The translations under genes and the position numbers were made by a program. Below the pieces are notes generated by a model. The model saw only the letters and a program-made list of their open reading frames with translations. It was not told where the DNA came from and did not search any database. From Halobacteriales archaeon QS_9_68_17 (GTDB taxonomy: Archaea; Halobacteriota; Halobacteria; Halobacteriales; Natronoarchaeaceae), in contig PXSA01000012.1 of NCBI GenBank assembly GCA_003023565.1, forward strand, positions 1,492-65,491: a DNA stretch of 64,000 bases, read 5' to 3'. This document shows, piece after piece, positions 40,922-50,562 of the stretch. Within the stretch, counting starts at the first letter, position 1, and every line of letters starts with the position of its first letter.

Positions 40922-41851
40922 ATGACGATGCGCGTCACCTTTCTCGGGACCAGCGGGGCAGTGCCGACCACCGAGCGCAACCCCAGCAGCCTGATGGTCC
41001 GCCGGGAGGGGGACCGGCTGCTGTTCGACGTCGCGGAGGGGACGCAGCGCCAGATGATGCGCTTCGGGACGGGCTTTGCCGTCTCGCACCTGTTCGTCAC
41101 GCACCTCCACGGCGACCACGTCCTCGGACTCCCGGGACTGGTCCAGACCCTCGACTTCAACGGCCGCGAGGACCCGCTCGCGATCCACGTGCCGAAAGGC
41201 ACCCGTTCCGAGGTGAAGGACCTGTTGTACGCGGCCAACACCCGCCCGTCGTTTCGGGTGCGGATCAACGAGGTCGGCGGCGGGGACGTGGCGCTGACCC
41301 AGTCGGACTACGAGGTGCGCGCCTTCGCGGTCGACCACCGGACGACGGCGCTCGGCTACGCCGTCGTCGAGGACGACCGCAAGGGTCGGTTCGACCGCGA
41401 GAAGGCGGAGGAACTGGGCGTTCCCGTCGGGCCGAAGTTCTCGAACCTGCACGACGGCAACCCGGTCGAACTGGAGGACGGGACGGTCGTCCGCCCGGAA
41501 CAGGTCGTCGGCGACCCCCGTCCTGGCCGCAAGGTGGTGTACACGGGCGACACCCGGCCGACGGCGACGACCGCCGAGGTCGCCGAGCGCGCCGACCTCC
41601 TGATCCACGAAGCGACGTTCGCCGACGACCGCGCCGAGCGCGCGGGCCGGACGGGCCACTCGACGGCCCGGCAGGCCGCCGAGATAGCCTCGCGAGCGGA
41701 CGCGAAACGCCTCGCCATGACGCACGTCTCCACGCGGTACACCGGCGACGTCTCCGACCACGAGGCACAGGCGCGCGAGGTCTTCGACGGCGAGGCGCTC
41801 GTCCCGGACGACGGTCGGACCGTCGAGGTGCCGTACCCGGATGGGGAGTAA
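40922..41851 (+). CDS. rnz: Ribonuclease Z
   Basis: FLGTSGAVP, THLHGDH, exosite GVPVGP, TGDT, HEATF, GHST. Confidence 0.96.
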   Translation: MTMRVTFLGTSGAVPTTERNPSSLMVRREGDRLLFDVAEGTQRQMMRFGTGFAVSHLFVTHLHGDHVLGLPGLVQTLDFNGREDPLAIHVPKGTRSEVKDLLYAANTRPSFRVRINEVGGGDVALTQSDYEVRAFAVDHRTTALGYAVVEDDRKGRFDREKAEELGVPVGPKFSNLHDGNPVELEDGTVVRPEQVVGDPRPGRKVVYTGDTRPTATTAEVAERADLLIHEATFADDRAERAGRTGHSTARQAAEIASRADAKRLAMTHVSTRYTGDVSDHEAQAREVFDGEALVPDDGRTVEVPYPDGE

Positions 41852-42088
41852 GTGTTTAATTCTCCAAGAGACGGCCGATAGTGTCTTATAGTGAAAGTAT
41901 AAAATAGTTCTTCAAAAATATTTAGTAAATGACTAATGAAGCGTATTCCTGTATTGGCGTTTTTGGCTTCGATCGTAAAGTGTTCTGAAGAGATTAGAAA
42001 CCAAACACGAATTGATATTCTATTTCACTACTGAACAGAACTAATCAACGGATAATAATTTATATAGCAGCGCGGAAAATAAGAAAAC

Positions 42089-42601
42089 ATGGGAAGAAAC
42101 CTTGATCGACGGTCCTTGCTTCGGGGATCCGTAGCAACCTCATTAACATTAACTACTGGATGTACGCTATGGGAATCCGACCCAACACTCTCAGAACGAT
42201 ATCAGGGGGTCAATGCGCCAATTCCCTTGAAAATTGATACATTAAAAAACACCACTCCATTCTTTTCAACTGTCATTTCGGAGAAAGAGGAGTTAAGCGA
42301 TCTAATCGACTTGGAGCAACTATCGCAGTCTTCAAAAACTTTTTTATCTGAAATAGATTTCTCTGATTCGTTCCTTGCGATATTCATGTCCAATTTATCA
42401 TTTAATAAGAATTACATATACTCTGATGAAAACCTCCATGTCAATATACAGGACGATGTAGCTACCTTTATACTAAATCTGGAACAGTGGCCAGACCCTC
42501 TGAGAAACGAGGATTACTTTTTCCAATTTGGACATTGGAAAACGAATGGATCCGAAACACCGAGTGATTCAGTAATAGAACTCGAGTTTCAATCAGAATA
42601 G
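42089..42601 (+). CDS. AT-rich putative Tat lipoprotein of unknown function
   Basis: LDRRSLLRG twin-arginine, LTTGC lipobox-like motif; TTTATATA upstream; atypical codon usage. Confidence 0.7.
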   Translation: MGRNLDRRSLLRGSVATSLTLTTGCTLWESDPTLSERYQGVNAPIPLKIDTLKNTTPFFSTVISEKEELSDLIDLEQLSQSSKTFLSEIDFSDSFLAIFMSNLSFNKNYIYSDENLHVNIQDDVATFILNLEQWPDPLRNEDYFFQFGHWKTNGSETPSDSVIELEFQSE

Positions 42602-42799
42602 TTCCTCCTGCGTCCCTCTTTTTCCCACCGAACACGGTACGAGTTCAACAGCGAGGCGTTCGTACGAACGACGGCCGGACTGTGAAGACAGTATACCTCG
42701 AGTGGTCGACCGTAAAGGGTATGACCCTTTCGAAGGCCCTGGAAACGTTTTCTCGGCGGTCGCCGAACCGCTAGACGGTCCACATGATACACCGGTTCT

Positions 42800-42955
42800 C
42801 CATCTGCGGGGTGTTCGCCGCCGAGCGGGACACGGAACAGATGTCGGAGCCGGCCGACAAGCGATCCGCCGATGGACACGTCGACTCCGACGGCCGCGTC
42901 ACCGTCGAGGTCGGCGGCAGCGTCGTCCCGGTCGCCGAGGGGACGCTGTACTGAC
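42800..42955 (+). pseudogene. 3' remnant resembling a PhzF-family C-terminus
   Basis: DSDGRVTVEVGGSVVPVAEGTLY*. Confidence 0.35.
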
Positions 42956-42998
42956 CGCCGCCCGGTCGTTTATGTTCGTCCCGCTCCTACCGGGCGGT

Positions 42999-44978
42999 GT
43001 GAGTACCCGCACGAGTGCTCTGGACACGGTCGTATTCGGCGTCGACGTGCAGAGCGGCGACGTCCGCGGCGATGCACCCTCCTACGCGCTGGTCGTCTTC
43101 GACGGCGAGTCGCTCGACCGCGACGTGGTGTCCTACCGGAAGCTCCGTCGCGCGATCGAAAGCGAGGAGCCCGACATCGTCGCGACCGACAACATGTACG
43201 AACTCGCGGAAGACAAGGACGCGCTCGTGCACTTCTTAGGAGCGGTTCCGGACGGCACGCGCCTCGTGCAGGTCACCGGCGCGGAGCAGCCGGAGCCGCT
43301 GTCACGGGTCGCCAGCAGGCACGGCGTCCCGTACGGGAAAGACCCGATGCAGGAGGCGGAGGCCGCGGCCCGCCTCGCCGCCCGCAACGTCGGACAGGAG
43401 GTGTCGGCTTTTACCGACACGACCGAGGTGAAGGTGTCCCGCGGTCGCTCGACCGGCAAGGGCGGGTGGAGTCAGGACCGCTACACCCGTCGGATCCACG
43501 GCGCGGTCCGCAGTCGCGCCCGCGAGGTGGAGTCGGCGCTCGACGACGCGGGTCTGGAGTACGAGATGGACGTCACGGAGAAGTACGGCGGCTACTCCAA
43601 CGCCGTGTTCGAGGTGCAAGCGCGGCCACAGGACATCCCGGTCTCGCGCGGGAGGAACGGCGACACCCGCGTGGAGGTCGAGCGCGTGCGCCGCGACGGC
43701 ATCGAGTTCCGACCGCTCGTCAAGCGCCGCGACCACGTCCTCGTCGGGATCGACCCCGGTACGACCACCGCCGTCGGCGTCGTCGACCTGGACGGCAACG
43801 TACTGGACGTGCTGTCGACCCGGACCGCCGACACCGCCGAGATCATCGAGTGGATCGTCGAGCGCGGTCGCCCCCTTCTCGTCGCCGCGGACGTGACACC
43901 GATGCCCGAGACCGTCGAGAAGATCCGCCGCAGCTTCGACGCCGCGTCGTGGGTCCCCGTCTCCGACCTCCCGGTCGACGAGAAGCAGCACCGCACCCGC
44001 GAGGTCGGCTACGACAACGACCACGAGCGCGACGCCGTCGCCGCGGCACTGTTCGCGTTCGACGACCACGAGGACCAGTTCGAGCGCATCGCCCGGAAAG
44101 TGCCGCCGCGGATGGACCGCGGCGAGATCACCGCCCGCGTCCTGACCGGGGAGGAGTCCGTCGAAACCGTCATCGACGACCTCACCGAGACCGACGACGA
44201 CGAGGAGGAGACCACCGAGCACACCCCGCGGGAACTCACCGACGAGGAGAAGCGTATCCGCGACCTCGAACGGCAGGTCGAGCGCTTCCAGGGCCACGTC
44301 GAGGACCTCGACGACACCATCGCGGAGAAGAACGAGCGCATCGACGAACTGGAGGGCAAACTCGACGCCGCCCGGAGCGAGCAGCGCCGCGAGGTCCGCA
44401 AGGACCGGGAGGTGTCCCGCCTCGAACGCGAGACCGACCGCCTCGAACGCGAACTGGAGGAAGAGCGCGAGCGCAACGAGGCGCTACAGGGGAAACTCGA
44501 CCGCCTGAAGGAACTCTGGAAGCTCGACCACTCGAACTTCTCCGACGTGGCCGCCGAGAAGAAGGACCTCGTCCCGATCAAGCCCGTCGAGAAGTTCACC
44601 AAGGGGGCGCTCGAGGCCGCCGACGAGGCGTACGGCCTCGCCGAGGACGACGTGGTCTACCTGCGCGACGCCAGCGGCGCGGGCCGCAGCACCGCCGAGA
44701 GGCTCGCGGCCGTGAACCCCCGCGTCGTCCTCAAGAGCGGGGGCGACCTCTCCGATATCGCCGACGAGACACTGTTCGACAGCGACATCCCGGTCGGCTC
44801 CGCCGACGACGTCGCGATGCAGGAGGTCGACGAGCTCGCGGTCGCTCGCGAGAGCGACGTCGAGGCCGTCATCGAGGACTGGGAGGACCGCGCCGAACAG
44901 CGCCGGAAGGAGCGCAAGGCCGAAGAGCTCGACCGGCTGATCAGCGAGCACCGGGCGGACCGCGGTGAGTCCGACTAA
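42999..44978 (+). CDS. DUF460-domain protein (RNase H-like fold plus long coiled coil)
   Basis: GVDVQSGD, GKGGWSQDRY, VGIDPGTTTA, NDHERDA; coiled coil; GTG start. Confidence 0.88.
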   Translation: MSTRTSALDTVVFGVDVQSGDVRGDAPSYALVVFDGESLDRDVVSYRKLRRAIESEEPDIVATDNMYELAEDKDALVHFLGAVPDGTRLVQVTGAEQPEPLSRVASRHGVPYGKDPMQEAEAAARLAARNVGQEVSAFTDTTEVKVSRGRSTGKGGWSQDRYTRRIHGAVRSRAREVESALDDAGLEYEMDVTEKYGGYSNAVFEVQARPQDIPVSRGRNGDTRVEVERVRRDGIEFRPLVKRRDHVLVGIDPGTTTAVGVVDLDGNVLDVLSTRTADTAEIIEWIVERGRPLLVAADVTPMPETVEKIRRSFDAASWVPVSDLPVDEKQHRTREVGYDNDHERDAVAAALFAFDDHEDQFERIARKVPPRMDRGEITARVLTGEESVETVIDDLTETDDDEEETTEHTPRELTDEEKRIRDLERQVERFQGHVEDLDDTIAEKNERIDELEGKLDAARSEQRREVRKDREVSRLERETDRLERELEEERERNEALQGKLDRLKELWKLDHSNFSDVAAEKKDLVPIKPVEKFTKGALEAADEAYGLAEDDVVYLRDASGAGRSTAERLAAVNPRVVLKSGGDLSDIADETLFDSDIPVGSADDVAMQEVDELAVARESDVEAVIEDWEDRAEQRRKERKAEELDRLISEHRADRGESD

Positions 44979-44980
44979 CG

Positions 44981-45300
44981 CGACCTTTTGCTCTGCGGCT
45001 AAACGAGCGGTCCGCCGGGAGCGGACACGCTCGCAGTCCTCGGCAAAAGCTCGACCAAAATCACTGCGTCACCCTCTCAGTCGCTTCGCTCCTTCGAGGG
45101 TTCCTTGGACCGCTCGCGCCTGACGGCGCTCGCGGGTGCACTGCTCGTAGGACTGCCTGCCCTCCCCCGTCCGCACGAACGGAGTGAGTGTGGGCTCGAA
45201 AGACGCGGAGTGTCTTTCGGTGGGTCGCGCGGTTCGTCGCGTCCGCTCCTCGCCGCGCTCCCAGTCCTAACTCGGGACCGACGGCCCTTCGCCGGACACC
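44981..45300 (+). repeat. Dispersed palindromic element, copy C (long form, right boundary approximate)
   Basis: CGACCTTTT...AAAAGCTCGACCAAAA followed by further hairpins; shares CGAACGGAGTGAG with copy B. Confidence 0.7.
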
Positions 45301-45336
45301 GCAGGCTCTAAACCCTCGCTCCGACTCCGTGACGGT

Positions 45337-46323
45337 ATGGACACGTACGACCTGATCACCCGGAACGCGGCCGAGGTGGTCACGGAGGACGAGGTGGAGG
45401 CGATGGCCGAGGACCCCGAGGGCAAGCGGGCGTACGTCGGCTACGAGCCCTCCGGCGTCCTCCATATCGGTCACATGCTGACCGCGAACAAGCTGATCGA
45501 CCTGCAGGAGGCGGGCTTCGAGGTCACCGTTCTGCTGGCCGACGTACACGCCTACCTCAACGACAAGGGGTCGTTCGAGGAGATCCGCGAGACGGCCGAG
45601 AAGATGCAGGAGCAGTTCATCGCGTACGGCCTCGACGAGGAGCGGACGGAGTTCGTCTACGGCTCCGCATACCAGATGGACGAGGACTACGAGCTTGACC
45701 TCCACGCCCTGCAGGTGGAGACGACGCTGAACCGCGCCCAGCGCGCGATGGCCGAGATCCGGAGCGGCGAGACGGCGAAGGTGAGCCACGTCGTCTACCC
45801 GCTGATGCAGGCGCTCGACATCGAGTACTTAGACGTCGACCTCGCCATCGGCGGGATGGACCAGCGGAAGGTCCACATGCTCGCGCGCGAGAACCTGCCG
45901 GAACTGGGCTACGACTCGCCGACCAGCCTGCACACGCCGATCCTCGCCGACCTGACGGAGGGCGTCGGCAAGATGTCCTCCAGCACCGGCGTCACCGTCT
46001 CGATGGAGAACTCCCGCGAGGAGATCGAGGAGCGAGTGAACTCGGCGTACTGCCCGCCGACGCGGGACCCCGACCCCGACGACGAGGGCAACGAGCGCGA
46101 GAACCCGGTGCTGGAGGTCTTCCGGTACCACGTGTTCCCGCGCTTCGAGGCGGTCGTCGTCGAACGGCCCGACGAGTACGGCGGCGGTCTGGAGTACGAG
46201 GACTACGAGGCGCTCGCGGACGACCTCGAGAGCGGCGAACTCCACCCTGCGGACGCGAAATCGGCGCTTGCGGAGTACCTCGACCGCCTGATCGCACCGG
46301 GCCGCGAGAAACTGCGGGACTGA
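45337..46323 (+). CDS. tyrS: Tyrosine--tRNA ligase
   Basis: YVGYEPSG..HIGH, YPLMQ, GGMDQRK, KMSSS, LHPADAK. Confidence 0.96.
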   Translation: MDTYDLITRNAAEVVTEDEVEAMAEDPEGKRAYVGYEPSGVLHIGHMLTANKLIDLQEAGFEVTVLLADVHAYLNDKGSFEEIRETAEKMQEQFIAYGLDEERTEFVYGSAYQMDEDYELDLHALQVETTLNRAQRAMAEIRSGETAKVSHVVYPLMQALDIEYLDVDLAIGGMDQRKVHMLARENLPELGYDSPTSLHTPILADLTEGVGKMSSSTGVTVSMENSREEIEERVNSAYCPPTRDPDPDDEGNERENPVLEVFRYHVFPRFEAVVVERPDEYGGGLEYEDYEALADDLESGELHPADAKSALAEYLDRLIAPGREKLRD

Positions 46324-46341
46324 CGGGCGCGTCTCCCCATC

Positions 46342-46827
46342 TCACTCGACCGCTAACTCGCCGCCGCACTCGGGGCAGACGAGCGGGTCGCCGTCCTCGC
46401 CCGGGATCCGCGTGTCGTCGTGCCCGCAGTCCGGGCAGGCGACGTCGCCGACGCCCGGGATCCGAGCGATCCGCACGTCCTCCGTCTCCTTCGGCGCGCC
46501 GAGCGCGAACGCGACGAGGTCCTCGTCCCCCTCGTTCCCGCCGGTCTGGAACTCGCCGGGCGCGAACCGGACCGCCTCGTCCTCGCCGACCGTCACCTCG
46601 CCGTCTCTCGTCCGGAACGTCGCCGCCCCCTGAACGACGACGAACAGTTCCTCCTGGTCCGTGTGGGCGTGGAGCGCGCCGCTGAAGCGCTCGCCGGGTT
46701 CGAGGACGTAGCGCGCGACGGCAACGTCGCTGGCGTTCAGCGGGTCGGTGAGGCCGCGGCGGTCGTGCGTCCGGTTCTCGGGGTCGAACGTGCTCGGTTC
46801 CACGTCGTCGATAGCGACCTTCTCCAT
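46342..46827 (-). CDS. Cupin domain protein (paralog of 5580-6047)
   Basis: HAHTDQEELF, FAPGEFQTG, CPDC and CPEC. Confidence 0.88.
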   Translation of the reverse strand: MEKVAIDDVEPSTFDPENRTHDRRGLTDPLNASDVAVARYVLEPGERFSGALHAHTDQEELFVVVQGAATFRTRDGEVTVGEDEAVRFAPGEFQTGGNEGDEDLVAFALGAPKETEDVRIARIPGVGDVACPDCGHDDTRIPGEDGDPLVCPECGGELAVE

Positions 46828-46897
46828 GGGCGCGGCTTCGACGGACGGGAGGGAAAACGTTCGCCGGAAGAGAGCGACTGCGGTCGCGGCCGGTCCC

Positions 46898-47086
46898 CTA
46901 CATTATCCCGCCCATGCCGAACGAGGAGAGCAGGTTGCTGACGAGCGCTTTCACGGTGAGACCGAACCCGAGCAGCACCAGCGCCATCCCGGCGGCGACG
47001 ACGGGGTCGGCCACCGCGATGAGGGCGAGTCCGGCCAGAACGACGGCGACGCCGAGGACACCGACCGCGCCGAGTTTCCTGAGCAT
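46898..47086 (-). CDS. Small conserved membrane protein
   Basis: MLRKLGAVGVLGVAVVLAG..FGM. Confidence 0.75.
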   Translation of the reverse strand: MLRKLGAVGVLGVAVVLAGLALIAVADPVVAAGMALVLLGFGLTVKALVSNLLSSFGMGGIM

Positions 47087-47178
47087 AGCCACCCTGACGA
47101 CGGTCGGGAGTTAAAAGACGGCGATATTTCTCCGCGATGTCCGGCGGGCTTAAAAGCCTCCCGCGCCTTGTAACGCCT

Positions 47179-47463
47179 ATGAGCGACAACCAGGGGCGTA
47201 AAGACCTCCGTATGCCGGACGACGACGAGGTGTTCGCGACGGTGACAGACATGCTCGGCGCGAATCGCGTCGAGGTCCGCTGTGCGGACGGCACGGAGCG
47301 GACGGCCCGGATCCCGGGCAAGATGCAGAAACGCATCTGGATCCGCGAGGACGACGTCGTACTCGTGGAGCCGTGGGACTGGCAGGACGAGAAGGCCGAC
47401 ATCACCTGGCGCTACGAGAAACAGGAAGCGGACCAGCTCCGCGAAGAAGGTCACATCCAGTAA
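47179..47463 (+). CDS. eif1a: Translation initiation factor aIF-1A
   Basis: [38 protein letters not shown]. Confidence 0.96.
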   Translation: MSDNQGRKDLRMPDDDEVFATVTDMLGANRVEVRCADGTERTARIPGKMQKRIWIREDDVVLVEPWDWQDEKADITWRYEKQEADQLREEGHIQ

Positions 47464-47530
47464 TCTTTCTCATGTCGACGCCGTCTCCCGACGACCGACC
47501 AGCGGGCGATCCGGCGACGGCGGTGCCACG

Positions 47531-48391
47531 ATGACCGGCGAGTTCGAACTCGTCGACCAGGACAACGCCGACGCGCCGGGCGACGAGTGGGAGGAACTGG
47601 ACGTCTCCGACACGGAGGCCGACGAGATAGCCCGCCGGCGCGACCGCGAGTTCGACGAGTTCCGAAAGAAGATCAAAAACAGCGAACGGTTCAAGGTCGA
47701 GGCGTCGGTGTTCGACGACGCGACCTTCGCCGCGCTCTACAAGCTCGTTCAGGACGGCCACGTCGAGGCGCTCGGCGGCCCGATCTCGACGGGAAAGGAG
47801 GCGAACGTCTACTCCGCGCTCGGCGGCGGCGGCGAGGTGGCGATCAAGGTGTACCGGATCAACGCCAGCGACTTCCGGGACATGCGCGACTACCTCACCG
47901 GCGACCCCCGCATCGAGGACCTCGGCGGCGACAAGAAACGCGTCGTGCTCGCGTGGACGAAAAAGGAGTTCGCCAACCTCAAGCGGGCGCGGAAGGCCGG
48001 CGTGCGCGTCCCCGACCCCATCGCCGTCGAGCGCAACGCCCTCGTCATGGAGTTCCTCGGCCACGACGGCGAGCGCGCGAAGCGGCTGGCCGAGGTCCAC
48101 GTCGAGAACCCCCAGACGGCGTACGAGGTCGTGCGGGAGTACGTCCGCCGGCTCTACGACGCCGGCCTCGTCCACGGCGACCTCTCGGAGTACAACGTCG
48201 TCGTCTACGACGGCCACCTCGTCGTCATCGACGTGGGGCAGGCCGTCACCATCCACCACCCCAACGCCGAGGAGTTCCTCGAACGCGACTGCGAGAACGT
48301 GGCGAGCTTCTTCGCCCGGCAGGGCCTCGACGTCTCCGGCGGGGACCTGCTCGCCTACGTCCGGGAGAACGCGGACCCGTACGAGAACTGA
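47531..48391 (+). CDS. rio1: RIO1-type serine/threonine kinase
   Basis: STGKEANVY, KEFANL, VHGDLSEYN, IDVGQAV. Confidence 0.95.
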   Translation: MTGEFELVDQDNADAPGDEWEELDVSDTEADEIARRRDREFDEFRKKIKNSERFKVEASVFDDATFAALYKLVQDGHVEALGGPISTGKEANVYSALGGGGEVAIKVYRINASDFRDMRDYLTGDPRIEDLGGDKKRVVLAWTKKEFANLKRARKAGVRVPDPIAVERNALVMEFLGHDGERAKRLAEVHVENPQTAYEVVREYVRRLYDAGLVHGDLSEYNVVVYDGHLVVIDVGQAVTIHHPNAEEFLERDCENVASFFARQGLDVSGGDLLAYVRENADPYEN

Positions 48392-48454
48392 CACGGCGGG
48401 GGGCGACGCCTCACCTCGAAACGCTTTTTTCCACCGCGAGAGTACGAACGCGCG

Positions 48455-48538
48455 ATGCGTTCCGCTCCCGTTTGCACTTGGCGCTGGCGTCGGCCCCCGG
48501 GAGCGGACAGTGTCGGCGACGCGGTCGGCGCGGCGTAA
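48455..48538 (+). promoter_or_regulatory. Candidate Trp leader peptide (MRSAPVCTWRWRRPPGADSVGDAVGAA*) in a structured leader of trpS
   Basis: TGG codons at 48479 and 48485 enclosed by a perfect 10-bp stem 48461-48470/48498-48507; T6 tract about 28 nt upstream of the ATG. Confidence 0.6.
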
Positions 48539-48619
48539 CCCGTCGCCCGCGCGGCCGGCGCTCACTCGCTTTCTCTCGCGCACCGCCCGACAGCCGCGCA
48601 GTTACGACCTCACAACGTC

Positions 48620-49771
48620 ATGCCAACAGACGCCACAGTGACGCCGTACGACATCGAGGGGGACCTCGACTACGGGAAACTCCTCGACCGTTTCGGTGCC
48701 GACGCAGTGACGGACGACCAGATAGCCCGCTTCCCCGACCCTCCGCACCCGCTGGTGCGCCGCGGGGTGTTCTACGCGGAGCGAGACCTCGACCCGTTTC
48801 TCGCCGCCGCGGAGCGCGGGGACACGCACTCGATAGTGACGGGACTCGGCCCGTCCGGGCCGCTCCACATCGGACACGCGTTCCCGTTCTACTTCGTGAA
48901 GTACCTTCAGGAGCGCACGGGCGCGCACGTGTACGTCCCCATCTCCGACGACGAGAAGCGCTTCACCAGGGACCTGTCGTTCGACGAGGTCCACGGCCAC
49001 CTCCGGGAGAACCTGCGGGACCTGCTCGCGGTCGGGTTCGACCCGGAGCGGACGCGGATCCTGATCGACACCGCGGACGCCGACGCGCTCTACCCGCACG
49101 CGGCGGCGTTCGCGGGCGACGTCACGCAGTCGACGGTCGCCGCCACCTACGGCGACCCGGGGAACGTCGGCGCGTCGTTCTACCCGGCGATGCAGACCGC
49201 GCACCTGCTCCTGCCGCAACTCGTCCACGGCGAGCACCCGACGCTCGTCCCCATCGCGGTCGACCAGGACCCCCACGTCCGGGTGTGCCGCGACGTGGCC
49301 GCGAAGGAGAAGTACGACGTGCGAAAGCCCGGTGCCTTGCTCTCGACGTTCCTGCCCGGACTGGCCGGTCCGGGCAAGATGAGCAGTTCCGACGACGCGC
49401 CGTCGATCCGCCTGACGGACGACCGCGAGGCGGTCGAGCGCAAGGTGAACGAGCACGCCTACTCCGGCGGCCGCGACAGCCTCGCGGAACACCGCGAACA
49501 CGGGGGCGACCCGGCGGTCGACGTCGCCTTCCGGTACCTCCGCGCGTTCTTCGAGGACGACGACGCCGAGGTGGAACGTCTCGCCCGCGAGTACCGCGCC
49601 GGCGAGTTGCTCTCCGGTGAGATGAAGGCCCACGCCATCGACCGCATCGCGTCGTTCCTCGACGCGCATCAGCGCCGCCGCGAGGCGCTCGGCGACCTCC
49701 GCGAGGAACTCGAACCGTACCGGCTGACCGACGGGGAACGGGCGCGCCTGCGGTCGGACCCGCTGGGGTAG
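48620..49771 (+). CDS. trpS: Tryptophan--tRNA ligase (short archaeal/eukaryal type)
   Basis: VTPY, TGLGPSGPLHIGH, SDDEK, YPAMQ, DQDPHVR, KMSSS, LSGEMK. Confidence 0.93.
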   Translation: MPTDATVTPYDIEGDLDYGKLLDRFGADAVTDDQIARFPDPPHPLVRRGVFYAERDLDPFLAAAERGDTHSIVTGLGPSGPLHIGHAFPFYFVKYLQERTGAHVYVPISDDEKRFTRDLSFDEVHGHLRENLRDLLAVGFDPERTRILIDTADADALYPHAAAFAGDVTQSTVAATYGDPGNVGASFYPAMQTAHLLLPQLVHGEHPTLVPIAVDQDPHVRVCRDVAAKEKYDVRKPGALLSTFLPGLAGPGKMSSSDDAPSIRLTDDREAVERKVNEHAYSGGRDSLAEHREHGGDPAVDVAFRYLRAFFEDDDAEVERLAREYRAGELLSGEMKAHAIDRIASFLDAHQRRREALGDLREELEPYRLTDGERARLRSDPLG

Positions 49772-49838
49772 ACTCGTCGGCGCGTCCGCCCGCGAGACGG
49801 CGAGTACGAACTCCGCCACGCCGGCTATCAGGCGACCG

Positions 49839-50537
49839 GTGCGGTCCTCGGTCGCGGACGGCGGGAAGGGACCGGCCGGCGACGAGTCGGCGTACCTCGC
49901 CGACCTCCGCGAGGGCGTCGCGGTGCTTCGCGGGTCCGTCCTCGCGCCCACCGTCGTCGGGGCGGCGTTCGTCAACGTGGCGGCCGGGGCGGTGTTCGCC
50001 ACCCTGCCGGCGTACGTGGACACGGTCGGCGGTGCCGGGGCGTACGGCGTGCTGGCCGCGGCGTTCGCCGCGGGCAACTTCACCGAGGCACTCGCCGCGT
50101 CGGTGCTGGAGGACTACCCGTTCGGCCGGGTCTCGGTCGCCTGCTTCGCCGTCTCCGGGGTCCTGTGGTCGAGGGCGGTCCTCGCCGGCCCTCTCCCGGT
50201 CACCGTCACCCCGTTCGCCCTCGCGTTCGTCCCCATCGGCGCGGTGAACGTCCTCCTCGCGTCGCTGGTGCAGTCCGCCGTCCCCGAGGGGGTCGTCGAC
50301 CGGGTGAGCAGCGCTCTCGGGAGCGCCTCGCAGGTCGCCACGCCCATCGGAGCGCTGGCCGGCGGGGCGCTCGCCGGCGTTCTCGGTTCCGCACCGGTGG
50401 TCGGCGCGGGTGGCGCGTTCGTGCTCGTCCTCGCGGCCTACCGGGTCGTCGTGCCGTCTCCGCCGCATGCCGGCGGTCGACGCGGTGTCCATCGACGCCG
50501 ACGCGACCGCCTGAGGGCCGGCGAGCCGAACGCTTAA
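49839..50537 (+). pseudogene. C-terminal half of an MFS transporter (truncated)
   Basis: YLADLREG..GAYGVL..QSAVPEGVVDRVSS; only about six TM segments, no credible start. Confidence 0.7.
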
Positions 50538-50562
50538 ACCGCCACATCGCCTACCGCGGCTC

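Noticed and set aside
44979-45336. tRNA or Tyr leader peptide upstream of tyrS
   Set aside because: No cloverleaf or T-loop motif and no Tyr-rich short ORF; the region is a palindromic repeat
48392-48619. T-box riboswitch upstream of trpS
   Set aside because: No T-box consensus recognised and T-boxes are bacterial; a leader-peptide model fits better
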